Below are positions 24,209 through 32,000 of a stretch of 32,000 bases of DNA, piece after piece. How positions within the stretch are numbered: the stretch's first letter is position 1; each line of letters begins with the position of its first letter. The DNA lies in the NCBI RefSeq assembly GCF_008000775.2, contig NZ_CP042905.2, positions 990,001-1,022,000 on the forward strand. Direction: 5' to 3'. The position numbers and the translations under genes are program-made. The DNA is from Promethearchaeum syntrophicum. Lineage in GTDB: Archaea; Asgardarchaeota; Lokiarchaeia; Sigyniarchaeales; Promethearchaeaceae. Below the pieces are notes generated by a model that was not told where the DNA came from, searched no databases, and saw only the letters and a program-made list of their open reading frames with translations.

Positions 24209-26074
24209 TTGTATTCGAAAAATATGCTAAATGAAATTATTACAATTCTTGAAAATGAAGGATATATATCTAATGATCAGTTTGACTCTGTTCTCCGATA
24301 TTCAATTATCAAAGATCCAGAGTTCACTTTAATTTTAGGAGCTAAATTACCCATTAAAATTCCGATATTAAACAAGCCTCCCATTGAGCTAGTATCGTTC
24401 TATCCCTCAATTTGTATTCGTCCACGTCGATTAGATGATAGTTTTCTAACTATGGTTCGTTATTTAGCTGCTTCGTTTAAAGAAGCAATGATAATTAATT
24501 TAGAACCTTATAAGTATGATTTTAATATCGACAATTATAAATCTCAAATATCTGAATTGGTGCAAAAATTGTACCCTAATGAGAGTAATTTTGAACCTGA
24601 AGCACTAAAAAGTGAAAAAGAAGTAATCCTTACAATTAGAAACAATATTTTGAGAGATTATGATACTTTTGAAAATAGTTATATGAAAATATCACAAGAT
24701 GTTTTTGATATTTATCGTGATTTTCATCTTCTACCTACGGAACAATTACCTCCTGAACTTGATGAGGGTTTTCCTCGTAATCGACGTAATTGGGTTGTAA
24801 TTTTTAAGAAAGATAGTCCTGATGAATATTTAATGGAAGAACCAGGTTGTCTCACTTATTGGCGAGATTTTATTCATAAAAACGTATGGATCCGAACTGG
24901 ACTAGAAAGTTATAGTGTTAATATTTGGTATGAAGCATTTAAGGACCAGAACTTCAAGTTAAATTATCTATTTTATGATTGGATTATATACTGTCGTGGT
25001 TTAATAAAGAAAATTATCGAACCTATCTTGGATCAAATGCAATTTGAAGCGGGTTTACTCAAATCTTTTAGCGAAATTCGATTGTTAAAGGAATACCTCT
25101 CAAAAAATGGTTCATCAGCATTATTTTTACCCAGAATTATCTATGAAAATCTTAATTCACCTGAAAAAGATACAAGTGAACGCTTTCTATTTCAAGGGGC
25201 ACCTTGTTCTCTAGAAGAAATGAGTGCTGTTGAAGATTTTCGGTTAGCAGAATTGTTTGAAAGAAAGGGAAACTATAATAGATCTCTCGAATTACTTCTT
25301 AACGCAAAGAAAAAGCTGAAAAAATTCCATCATATTAATGGCCAGATTAAAGTAATATTCAAATTAAACGATCTTGTAATAAAGGACAAAGATTATAATA
25401 AATCGGTTGAATTTCTTAGTGAGGCTTTAGAACTATCAAAAAGTGGACAAGTGTCTGTTGTTAACATTGTTAATATCCATCTTTCTTTGGGTTATTCTTA
25501 CGCCCTTGGAAATTCTGCCTTTAAATCGGAAACTCATAACCAGATTGTAAAAACCTTCTTAAATTCTCTCCCCTCAACAAAACAAAATCAGAATTTAATT
25601 TGCCGTATGTATTTGGAATTTGCAAAATTAAACTTAATACAAGAGGAATATGAAGAAGCAGACGCAAATTTCAAGCAACTATTAAAACATATAAAGAAAA
25701 ATTCTCCCTATGAGTTTTTATACTATTTCGAACGCGCCCATTATTATAATTCCGTGAAAAACGAGACGAAACACTATCTTTCTCTAAAAAAGGCAATTGA
25801 AATTGATAAAGGACCTCTGATTGAAAGAATTTCTGCAAATTTCGAGTTGGGAAAATTCTATCTATACACAAAACAAGATTCTGAGAAAGCTATTGATTAC
25901 CTCACTAAAACTCTAACAATGATTACCGATATAGATGTTGAAAGTCTGAAGATAAAAGTTAAGACTTATGAAATTATTGCTGATGCATACCGTGCACGAG
26001 ATTATGAAGAAGCAGCTCGTCAAGCATCTGAAGAAGCGGAAAAAATTCGAGAACGCTTAGACCGTATAAATTAA
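24209..26074 (+). CDS. Hypothetical protein with C-terminal TPR-like helical repeats
   Basis: 621-aa ORF, start at TTG 24209 or ATG 24224. The C-terminal ~270 aa shows TPR-like periodicity (AELFERKGNYNRSLELLLNA, YNKSVEFLSEALEL, EEYEEADANFKQLL, SEKAIDYLTKTL). I do not recognise the N-terminal ~330 aa. Confidence 0.5.
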   Translation: MYSKNMLNEIITILENEGYISNDQFDSVLRYSIIKDPEFTLILGAKLPIKIPILNKPPIELVSFYPSICIRPRRLDDSFLTMVRYLAASFKEAMIINLEPYKYDFNIDNYKSQISELVQKLYPNESNFEPEALKSEKEVILTIRNNILRDYDTFENSYMKISQDVFDIYRDFHLLPTEQLPPELDEGFPRNRRNWVVIFKKDSPDEYLMEEPGCLTYWRDFIHKNVWIRTGLESYSVNIWYEAFKDQNFKLNYLFYDWIIYCRGLIKKIIEPILDQMQFEAGLLKSFSEIRLLKEYLSKNGSSALFLPRIIYENLNSPEKDTSERFLFQGAPCSLEEMSAVEDFRLAELFERKGNYNRSLELLLNAKKKLKKFHHINGQIKVIFKLNDLVIKDKDYNKSVEFLSEALELSKSGQVSVVNIVNIHLSLGYSYALGNSAFKSETHNQIVKTFLNSLPSTKQNQNLICRMYLEFAKLNLIQEEYEEADANFKQLLKHIKKNSPYEFLYYFERAHYYNSVKNETKHYLSLKKAIEIDKGPLIERISANFELGKFYLYTKQDSEKAIDYLTKTLTMITDIDVESLKIKVKTYEIIADAYRARDYEEAARQASEEAEKIRERLDRIN

Positions 26075-26089
26075 ATGTTGATTATTCTA

Positions 26090-26111
26090 TTTTTTTTAGG
26101 GTATTTTTTTT
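26090..26111 (+). terminator. Two T8 runs downstream of the 621-aa gene (archaeal oligo-T terminator candidate)
   Basis: Read directly: T8 at 26090-26097 and T8 at 26104-26111, starting 16 nt after the stop codon. Confidence 0.4.
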
Positions 26112-26334
26112 CTTTAAATATGCAGTGTATAGACTATTAATAATGTTGTGATTTTTCCAATTTTATAATCAAAAAAAGATAAGATTCCCCTTTTTTAAAG
26201 ACAATTTTTAAAAATATGAACATTGCTTTATATTTGAAAAAAAAAAAATTCCCATAATTCAATTTCTGTAATATAAGATCTGCAATTTAATAGAATCTGT
26301 GATAATACAGTACCAATTGAACTCGAACAACAAG

Positions 26335-26344
26335 TATTTTAAAG
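26335..26344 (+). promoter_or_regulatory. TATA-like box (TATTTTAAAG) centred about 27 nt upstream of the candidate RNA 5' end
   Basis: Read directly. Its spacing to the first base of the closing helix (26367) matches archaeal TATA-to-TSS geometry. Confidence 0.35.
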
Positions 26345-26366
26345 AGAGTTGGTTAAGTTTAATTTA

Positions 26367-26521
26367 AGAGCCGGAATCTATTTTTCAACTTATTATGAGT
26401 TGTTGAGACATGTCTCATTATATCGAAGTCTGACTTCGGATTCCTTATCTTCGCTATGTTGGCGAAGAACTCCCTCTTTTTATTTTTACATCAGGGGTAA
26501 GCAATTACCCCCTCCGGCTCT
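26367..26521 (+). ncRNA. Candidate structured non-coding RNA of unknown class (~155 nt multi-helix element)
   Basis: A perfect 9-bp closing helix joins AGAGCCGGA (26367-26375) to TCCGGCTCT (26513-26521). It encloses four local hairpins: TGAGACA/TGTCTCA (26404-26417); CGAAG-UCUGA-CUUCG (26424-26438); TCTTCGC-N7-GCGAAGA (26448-26468); GGGGTAA-GCAA-TTACCCC (26494-26511). The last has a GNRA tetraloop only on the + strand. T5 runs follow at 26523-26527 and 26533-26537. Confidence 0.5.
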
Positions 26522-26608
26522 ATTTTTCTTTCTTTTTCCCAACATTTTAATAAAGAAATTATCCAAAATTAAATAAAAAATAAAAAAAACTAGGAATAAT
26601 TTAAAGTG

Positions 26609-27271
26609 TTAATAATACCACCCAAGGATTCCTGCAATGACATTCATTATAATTGCTACACCATAAATACAACCGATTGCAATTAATCTCTTTTTCATGG
26701 ATTTGATTTTGAGAACTAAAATACATGCCACATAAAAATGGAAATAACCAAAAAGAAAGATTAACCATACACCGGCGAAAGATCTATTCCAAAATGGATA
26801 AGTCCAAGTAAGAAGACCCCCAATGTTTAAAAAGATTTCAATAACAACGCAAAAAATTGCATATCCCAATCCCCAAAACCATCGATTATTAATGCCAAAT
26901 ATCTTCTCATTTTTGTCTTCTGATATAGTTTTTCCGTAAATTAGTCCACTAATCAAAAACATGAAAATTATTTCAACGTTCCATCCAACCATTACTCGAA
27001 GGGCAGTAGGTCCAGGGGTTGTCCAAAAAGCTTGATCTTGAGTTAGCCACGCTACCCAACCATTCCAAGTTTCGTTGAAAAAATCCATTCCGAACAGTGT
27101 TAAGCCGCAAACAATTACATCCCAATTTCCTGATTTGCGTGCTTTCTTGATTTCTGTTACATAGATGTAAAATACGAGAGCTAATAATGGTATAACAATC
27201 CAACCCATTTGTGTTAAATCACGCAATCCATCCAAAGCTGCTTGAGTATCTGTACTTCCATACGGTTCCAT
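26609..27271 (-). CDS. Integral membrane protein, unknown function (Trp/Gly-rich TM segments)
   Basis: 220-aa ORF with about six hydrophobic segments. I recognise no family. Confidence 0.5.
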   Translation of the reverse strand: MEPYGSTDTQAALDGLRDLTQMGWIVIPLLALVFYIYVTEIKKARKSGNWDVIVCGLTLFGMDFFNETWNGWVAWLTQDQAFWTTPGPTALRVMVGWNVEIIFMFLISGLIYGKTISEDKNEKIFGINNRWFWGLGYAIFCVVIEIFLNIGGLLTWTYPFWNRSFAGVWLIFLFGYFHFYVACILVLKIKSMKKRLIAIGCIYGVAIIMNVIAGILGWYY

Positions 27272-27498
27272 TTTTTTTCACCAAATTCTTCAATAAAAAA
27301 GAAAGCAAATAGAATTCAATTTAAATTCGATATTAAGTTTTAAAAATGTTATTAATGACAATAACCAAAAAAATAGAATATGAAATTATTTATATCGAGA
27401 ATTTTCAATATAAATTCATTGTTATTATGAGAAAAAAAATGAATATGTTTAGAAAAAAATCATAAAATTCAAGATTTATCTATGCTTGAAAACAAATA

Positions 27499-29274
27499 AT
27501 GGATACTAAAAAATTAAGAAAATTTATTTCATATTACAAACCACATAAAAAAATTTTCATAATAGATATGATCTGCGCATTTGGTGTAGCGGCTTTAGAT
27601 CTCATATTTCCAATGATTTCAAATATTTTTTTTAATGATTTCATTCCAAATCGAAATATATCTGCACTTCTCATATATTCAGTAGTATTACTGATTCTAT
27701 ATTTAATTAGGAGTGTTGCTAATTATATTATGGCATATTGGGGTCATATGGTTGGAATTAAAATGGAATTCGATATGCGAATTGATCTCTTTAAGCATTT
27801 TCAAACAATGCCGTTCTCATTTTATGATGATAGGAAGACAGGTCAATTAATGAGTCGTTTAGTTGGGGATTTACGTGAAGTGAGTGAGTTGGCTCATCAT
27901 GGACCAGAAGATCTCTTTATTTCTGTAGTGATGATATCGATAAGCTTTATATATCTGATGTTAGTGAACTGGGCATTAACTTTAATTATTTTTTCTTTTG
28001 TACTAGTGCAATTGTGGTTCAGCTTAACTAAAAGATGGAAAATGAGAGAAGCATTCAGAGGTACAAGAAAGGAACACGCTTCAATTAATGCAAAAATTGA
28101 AAATAGTATTTCTGGAATTAGAGTTTGTAAATCATTCGCTAACGAAGAATACGAGGTGGATAAATTTCAAGTTGAAAATCTAAAGTATAGGAGGTCTTAT
28201 AAGAATGCCTATAAAGTTATGGCCGAATTTTCTGCAGGTAATAATTTTATGATGGAAATTCTAAGTTTAGTCGCTATTGCTGTGGGAGCATTATTCTTAT
28301 ATTTTGAAATTCCCAATTCAGATTTTAATTTAGCTGATTTAATGACTTTTCTTTTATTTACTGCAATATTCATTAGACCTATAAGACGATTACTTCAATT
28401 TACTCAACAATATCAAATGGGCGCAGCGGGATTCGAGAGATTTTATGAATTAATGGAACTTAAACCTGATATTGCTGATAAAGAAAGTGCAATTGAAATG
28501 GTTGACCCCAAAGGAAAAATTGAATTCAAAGATATCTCATTTGGATATAACGAGCATCTTGGAAATGTGTTAGATAAATTTAATTTATCGATAGATGAAG
28601 GAAAAACTGTTGCTTTAGTTGGACCATCTGGTGTGGGAAAGACAACTATATCTCATTTAATCCCTCGATTTTATGATATTACTGAAGGAAAAGGAGAAAT
28701 TCTTATCGATGGAGTTAATATTAAAGATATCAAACTCGAATCAATAAGGAAAAATATCGGATTTGTTCAGCAAGATGTTTTTATTTTCTTTGGCACAATT
28801 GAAGATAATATAATCTATGGAAAACCTGAAGCTACAGAACAAGAAATTATTTTCGCAGCAAAACAAGCTAATATTCATGATTTTATAATGAGTTTGCCAG
28901 AAGGATATGAGTCTTATGTTGGAGAAAGAGGTGTTAAACTTTCTGGTGGTCAAAAGCAAAGAATTGCACTTGCTAGAATATTCCTTAAAAATCCTCCTAT
29001 GTTAATATTAGATGAGGCAACTTCTTCATTGGATAATGCAACTGAACTTCAAATTCAAGAAGCAATCGAAAAAATTGCGAAAAATAGGACAACATTAATT
29101 GTAGCTCATAGATTATCAACAATCATGAACGCTGATGAAATTTTAGTGCTAGAAAAAGGAAAAATTGTAGAACGTGGTTCGCACAAAGCACTCCTTAAAT
29201 CAAATGGATTATATGCTAAGTTATATCTGGCTCAATTTCAAGGATTTATCCCCGATTTAATCAAAACCGCTTAA
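27499..29274 (+). CDS. ABC exporter, fused permease and ATPase (MsbA/MDR-type half transporter)
   Basis: 591-aa ORF with an N-terminal six-helix ABC exporter domain. Walker A GPSGVGKTT, signature LSGGQKQR, Walker B MLILDEATSSLD, H-loop VAHRLST. Confidence 0.9.
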   Translation: MDTKKLRKFISYYKPHKKIFIIDMICAFGVAALDLIFPMISNIFFNDFIPNRNISALLIYSVVLLILYLIRSVANYIMAYWGHMVGIKMEFDMRIDLFKHFQTMPFSFYDDRKTGQLMSRLVGDLREVSELAHHGPEDLFISVVMISISFIYLMLVNWALTLIIFSFVLVQLWFSLTKRWKMREAFRGTRKEHASINAKIENSISGIRVCKSFANEEYEVDKFQVENLKYRRSYKNAYKVMAEFSAGNNFMMEILSLVAIAVGALFLYFEIPNSDFNLADLMTFLLFTAIFIRPIRRLLQFTQQYQMGAAGFERFYELMELKPDIADKESAIEMVDPKGKIEFKDISFGYNEHLGNVLDKFNLSIDEGKTVALVGPSGVGKTTISHLIPRFYDITEGKGEILIDGVNIKDIKLESIRKNIGFVQQDVFIFFGTIEDNIIYGKPEATEQEIIFAAKQANIHDFIMSLPEGYESYVGERGVKLSGGQKQRIALARIFLKNPPMLILDEATSSLDNATELQIQEAIEKIAKNRTTLIVAHRLSTIMNADEILVLEKGKIVERGSHKALLKSNGLYAKLYLAQFQGFIPDLIKTA

Positions 29275-29300
29275 TCACCACTTTCCTATTTTTTATTTTT

Positions 29301-30548
29301 TTACCGAATTTTAATGCCTTCTTTATATACAGAATTTGGATGAAATAGACGTTCAAGATTGTCTAAAGGATTTCTATCTGCAGCAAAAACAATGAAATCC
29401 GCATATTTTCCAACTTCCAAGGAACCAAGCTTATCTTCCCGACCCATAATTTTTGCATTATTGATTGTAGCACATTGAATACTTTTTATAGGGCTCAATC
29501 CGAATTGATTGTGCAACATAATAATTTCCTGTGCAATTTTACCATGATATACTAATGGAATTCCTGCATCATCACCTGCTCCAATAAGAATTCCATCAAA
29601 AGAAATTGCTTTCCGGAGGCCTATTTCTATTTCTTTAGAAATTCTCAGATCATTTATCAATTCCATTTCAGATAAACCAGTTTCCTCTCTTGAATGATTA
29701 CTATATGCATTTCCGGCTGCTAACGTAGGTATAATTCCTATTTGTTTTTCCTGTAATACTTTTAATATTTTATCATCATAGTTTGAACCGTGTTCGAGTG
29801 AATTTATTCCTCCGATAATACTATTTAACGAACCTTTATTCCCCTCTGAATGAGCTGTAACTTTTAAGTTATGTTTATGTGCAATATCACAAATTTCTGT
29901 AATTATTTCAATTGATAATTCTGCTTTTCCTGCTGTATCCAACGTTTTTGCACCGGTCACAGCTCCAGTTGCCATTATTTTAATACAATCTGCTCCTTTT
30001 TCTATTAAAGAATTCACAACGTGTTTTGCTTCTTCTATATTTGTAATTTCTATGCAAACTAATTCTCCGTGACTTCCCTTAAGGGCAATAGCTTTTCCAG
30101 CGGTGAAAATTCGAGCCCCTATTTCTTTTCCTGAATTAATTTTATCCCGGAGTTCAAAAATTCTTAAATCAGCTTCTCCCAAAGACCGGACTGTTGTAGT
30201 TCCGCTTAACAAGGCAGTCATAGCACTCTTTTTCATCGTATCATACATAATTTTTTTGAAAAATCTACGTTTTTGGATAAATTTCACTAATGTTTCATAT
30301 TTTGCGATTTTTGGTAATGGATTTCCACTCCCGCTCAAATGGCAGTGATTATTGATTAATCCAGGCAAAATCCATTGATTTTTAAAATCAATTTCAATAG
30401 AATTTATCGGGTTTTGGATATCTGTTCCAATTTTTTGAATTTTTTTGTCTGAAACAATCATTTTCATATTCAAAAGTGTTGTTTCTGAAACAGGATCGAT
30501 ATAGTTAAAGTTATGAAAGAAACTAATTTTAACGGGTTGGTTTGACAC
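29301..30548 (-). CDS. Amidohydrolase-superfamily metal-dependent hydrolase
   Basis: 415-aa ORF with a GTG start. LPGLINNHCHL (HxH metal motif), VTAHSEG, LEHGS, GAGDDAG, and C-terminal LGSLEVGKYADFIVF. This layout is typical of the imidazolonepropionase / Xaa-Pro dipeptidase-like amidohydrolases. Confidence 0.75.
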   Translation of the reverse strand: MSNQPVKISFFHNFNYIDPVSETTLLNMKMIVSDKKIQKIGTDIQNPINSIEIDFKNQWILPGLINNHCHLSGSGNPLPKIAKYETLVKFIQKRRFFKKIMYDTMKKSAMTALLSGTTTVRSLGEADLRIFELRDKINSGKEIGARIFTAGKAIALKGSHGELVCIEITNIEEAKHVVNSLIEKGADCIKIMATGAVTGAKTLDTAGKAELSIEIITEICDIAHKHNLKVTAHSEGNKGSLNSIIGGINSLEHGSNYDDKILKVLQEKQIGIIPTLAAGNAYSNHSREETGLSEMELINDLRISKEIEIGLRKAISFDGILIGAGDDAGIPLVYHGKIAQEIIMLHNQFGLSPIKSIQCATINNAKIMGREDKLGSLEVGKYADFIVFAADRNPLDNLERLFHPNSVYKEGIKIR

Positions 30549-30637
30549 AAATATTCTTTATTTTATAAAACTAAATAATTTTTTAATTCATCTTTTGCTT
30601 TCAAATCGTGGTTTCATTATTAATAGGTGAAATTTAG

Positions 30638-31972
30638 ATGGCAGGTAAATCTTCAATTAGTAAAAGAATTGCTATTTTAGGTCTTTCTAATATATTATGG
30701 GGTCTCATCCCTTGGCCTGCTTCAAATTTATTTAAGGATTACTCGTCTTTGCTTATTATTTTTACAAGATTCATGTTTATGAGTTTTTTTCTTCTCCTAA
30801 TTGTAGGTATATTACTAATAATTGATCGAATAAAAGTGAAAGATAAAAATAAGAGTATAAATCTGAGAAAACTCATCCAATACTTAAAATCAAGAAATTA
30901 CGAGTTTTTTAAATTTCCACAATGGGCTTATTTATTAATAGTTGGTATTTTTGGTTTAAATTCAATGACTATTCTATTTTTCCTGGCATTAAAAACAATA
31001 GGGGTTATTACCACTTCTATTGGTGTTCTTACATCTTTAGTGATTGTTACTGCCATTAATTGGGGTCGTGGAAAGGAAGAAATGACAAAATTCAAAGTGC
31101 TCTACCTAACCACTCTTATTGGGGCTACTTTCATTCTTGGTTATATAAGTCAAGTATATTCCATAAGTGAATCTTCTGTATCCTTTGGATCCATCGTTTT
31201 AGTACTAATTTATGGAATTGCTCTTTCCTTTTTTGTTATTACTGGTTCAACTGATAAAATGAGTTTAAATGAATTCAAAATAGTCAAAGAAAACCCACGA
31301 TATCAACTTATAAGGACATTTTTTAAATTGGGTATGTTAGGTTTCTTTTCTGCATTAGTATATATTCCATCTCTTTTTCTTATGAGTAAATTTCATTTCA
31401 ATGAACAGATTGATTCTGAGATTACCCTTTTCTTTACTCATTTAAGCGATTGGTGGAAAATAGCTTTAAATTTTGATGGTATTATATTGATTATTGTTTG
31501 CACACTTATTCCATACGTGATCTACTATATAATGGCTGCTAATTGGCCAAAACACACTTCTTTTAATTTATGGGTAGGAGTAATGCAACTTATTGAACCT
31601 TTAATTAACATAATTATTGGAATTACTCTTCTAAATGAAGTATTCCCACTTTCTTGGTTACTAATAATTATATTTCTTTTTGGAATTGCAATTTTCACCC
31701 GTTATTTAAGTGAAACTGAAACCCAGATATTTGCAATATTTTTACTTAAAATTAAACCTCAATTCCAGCTAGCGGCAATGCAAAAAGCTTTTACTATTAA
31801 ACCTGTGAAAGAAGTATCTCACATGATTGGAGATTATGATATTTTTTTGGATACCCAGCTACATTCTTCCCAAGCATTGAATAAGTTCATTCAGCAAGAT
31901 ATTTTAACACTCCCCGGGTTAATTCGGTATGATTTTTTAATTATTACAAATAATATTCTTGAAAAAGATTAA
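30638..31972 (+). CDS. DMT/EamA-type transporter fused to a C-terminal Lrp/AsnC-type RAM (ligand-binding) domain
   Basis: 444-aa ORF. The first ~360 aa are polytopic with an EamA-like opening (LGLSNILWGLIPWPAS...FTRFMFMSFFLLL). The last ~85 aa, QIFAIFLLKIKPQFQLAAMQKAFTIKPVKEVSHMIGDYDIFLDTQLHSSQALNKFIQQDILTLPGLIRYDFLII, match the AsnC_trans_reg pattern (..V.e.....G.yD.ll.v...d...l..f....l..l.gv..t.t.iv). Confidence 0.6.
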   Translation: MAGKSSISKRIAILGLSNILWGLIPWPASNLFKDYSSLLIIFTRFMFMSFFLLLIVGILLIIDRIKVKDKNKSINLRKLIQYLKSRNYEFFKFPQWAYLLIVGIFGLNSMTILFFLALKTIGVITTSIGVLTSLVIVTAINWGRGKEEMTKFKVLYLTTLIGATFILGYISQVYSISESSVSFGSIVLVLIYGIALSFFVITGSTDKMSLNEFKIVKENPRYQLIRTFFKLGMLGFFSALVYIPSLFLMSKFHFNEQIDSEITLFFTHLSDWWKIALNFDGIILIIVCTLIPYVIYYIMAANWPKHTSFNLWVGVMQLIEPLINIIIGITLLNEVFPLSWLLIIIFLFGIAIFTRYLSETETQIFAIFLLKIKPQFQLAAMQKAFTIKPVKEVSHMIGDYDIFLDTQLHSSQALNKFIQQDILTLPGLIRYDFLIITNNILEKD

Positions 31973-32000
31973 AGAAAATTAGAAAAAAAATTGGCGAACA

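Noticed and set aside
26367-26521. Riboswitch or 5'-leader interpretation of the structured element
   Set aside because: The next + strand gene starts about 980 nt downstream, with an opposite-strand gene in between. T-runs directly follow the element, so it looks like a stand-alone transcript.
26349-26576. 75-aa ORF (TTG start) in the track, covering the intergenic region
   Set aside because: It has a non-ATG start, odd composition, and no Shine-Dalgarno or family resemblance. It is exactly superimposed on the nested-helix element. An RNA gene explains the sequence constraints better than a protein.
26075-26608. Possible replication origin (long AT-rich spacer with several palindromes and a GGGG-containing box)
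   Set aside because: There is no orc1/cdc6 gene adjacent. There is no repeated ORB-like box: the palindromes all differ in sequence. The helices nest as expected for one RNA rather than flanking an unwinding element.
1533-30348. Antisense or alternate-frame ORFs in the track: 1533-1922, 2252-2443, 4501-4692, 6612-6902, 9858-10043, 10134-10514, 12540-12785, 12840-13022, 14318-14554, 14485-14667, 15953-16180, 16230-16448, 17166-17372, 20302-20508, 21954-22145, 23763-23963, 25671-25871, 26973-27203, 28741-28959, 30103-30348
   Set aside because: Each lies inside or opposite a longer ORF with clear family motifs. Each has low-complexity, Phe/Ile/Lys-rich translations typical of shadow ORFs in AT-rich DNA, and none shows recognisable motifs.
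1-32000. Search for CRISPR arrays, rRNA genes, IS elements/transposases, integrases, prophage or toxin-antitoxin pairs
   Set aside because: I saw no regularly spaced direct repeats, no rRNA-like conserved blocks, no DDE/tyrosine-recombinase-like ORFs and no terminal inverted repeats. The only sizeable repeats are the paralogous gene pairs and the alaS 5' copy described above.

Overview
Strongly AT-rich archaeal chromosomal segment. I call 28 protein-coding genes (one truncated at the left edge), one tRNA and one candidate structured RNA. I found no rRNA, CRISPR array, transposase, integrase or other mobile element.

Archaeal housekeeping markers are RNA polymerase subunit K (Rpo6), a histone-fold protein, Hef (FANCM-type helicase fused to an XPF/ERCC4 nuclease), an archaeal-type alanyl-tRNA synthetase and tRNA-Val(CAC). 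A genuine actin-family gene (ELPDG..ERY.PAE motif) in such an AT-rich archaeal context suggests an Asgard (Lokiarchaeia-like) genome. That taxonomy is inference only.

Best candidates for something undescribed:
1. A co-directional cluster at 5436-11652. It holds a poly-proline protein, a degenerate actin-related protein, an 853-aa helical plus CHAT-like protein, a PLD-like protein and a polytopic membrane protein. The 853-aa ORF lies in the same frame as the actin gene, separated only by TAA-AAA. The CHAT-like and PLD-like domains both appear to lack their catalytic residues.
2. A ~155-nt element of nested helices at 26367-26521 with a GCAA tetraloop, an upstream TATA-like box and downstream T-runs. 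This is a candidate novel ncRNA.
3. Two head-to-head paralogous stand-alone E2-type (DHxxxDG) acyltransferases, one in an operon with a class-III aminotransferase.
4. A tandem duplication of a membrane acyltransferase gene that also copied the alaS promoter and its first six codons.
5. A DMT/EamA transporter fused to an Lrp/AsnC-type RAM ligand-binding domain.

All domain calls are by-eye motif recognition and need profile or structure searches.
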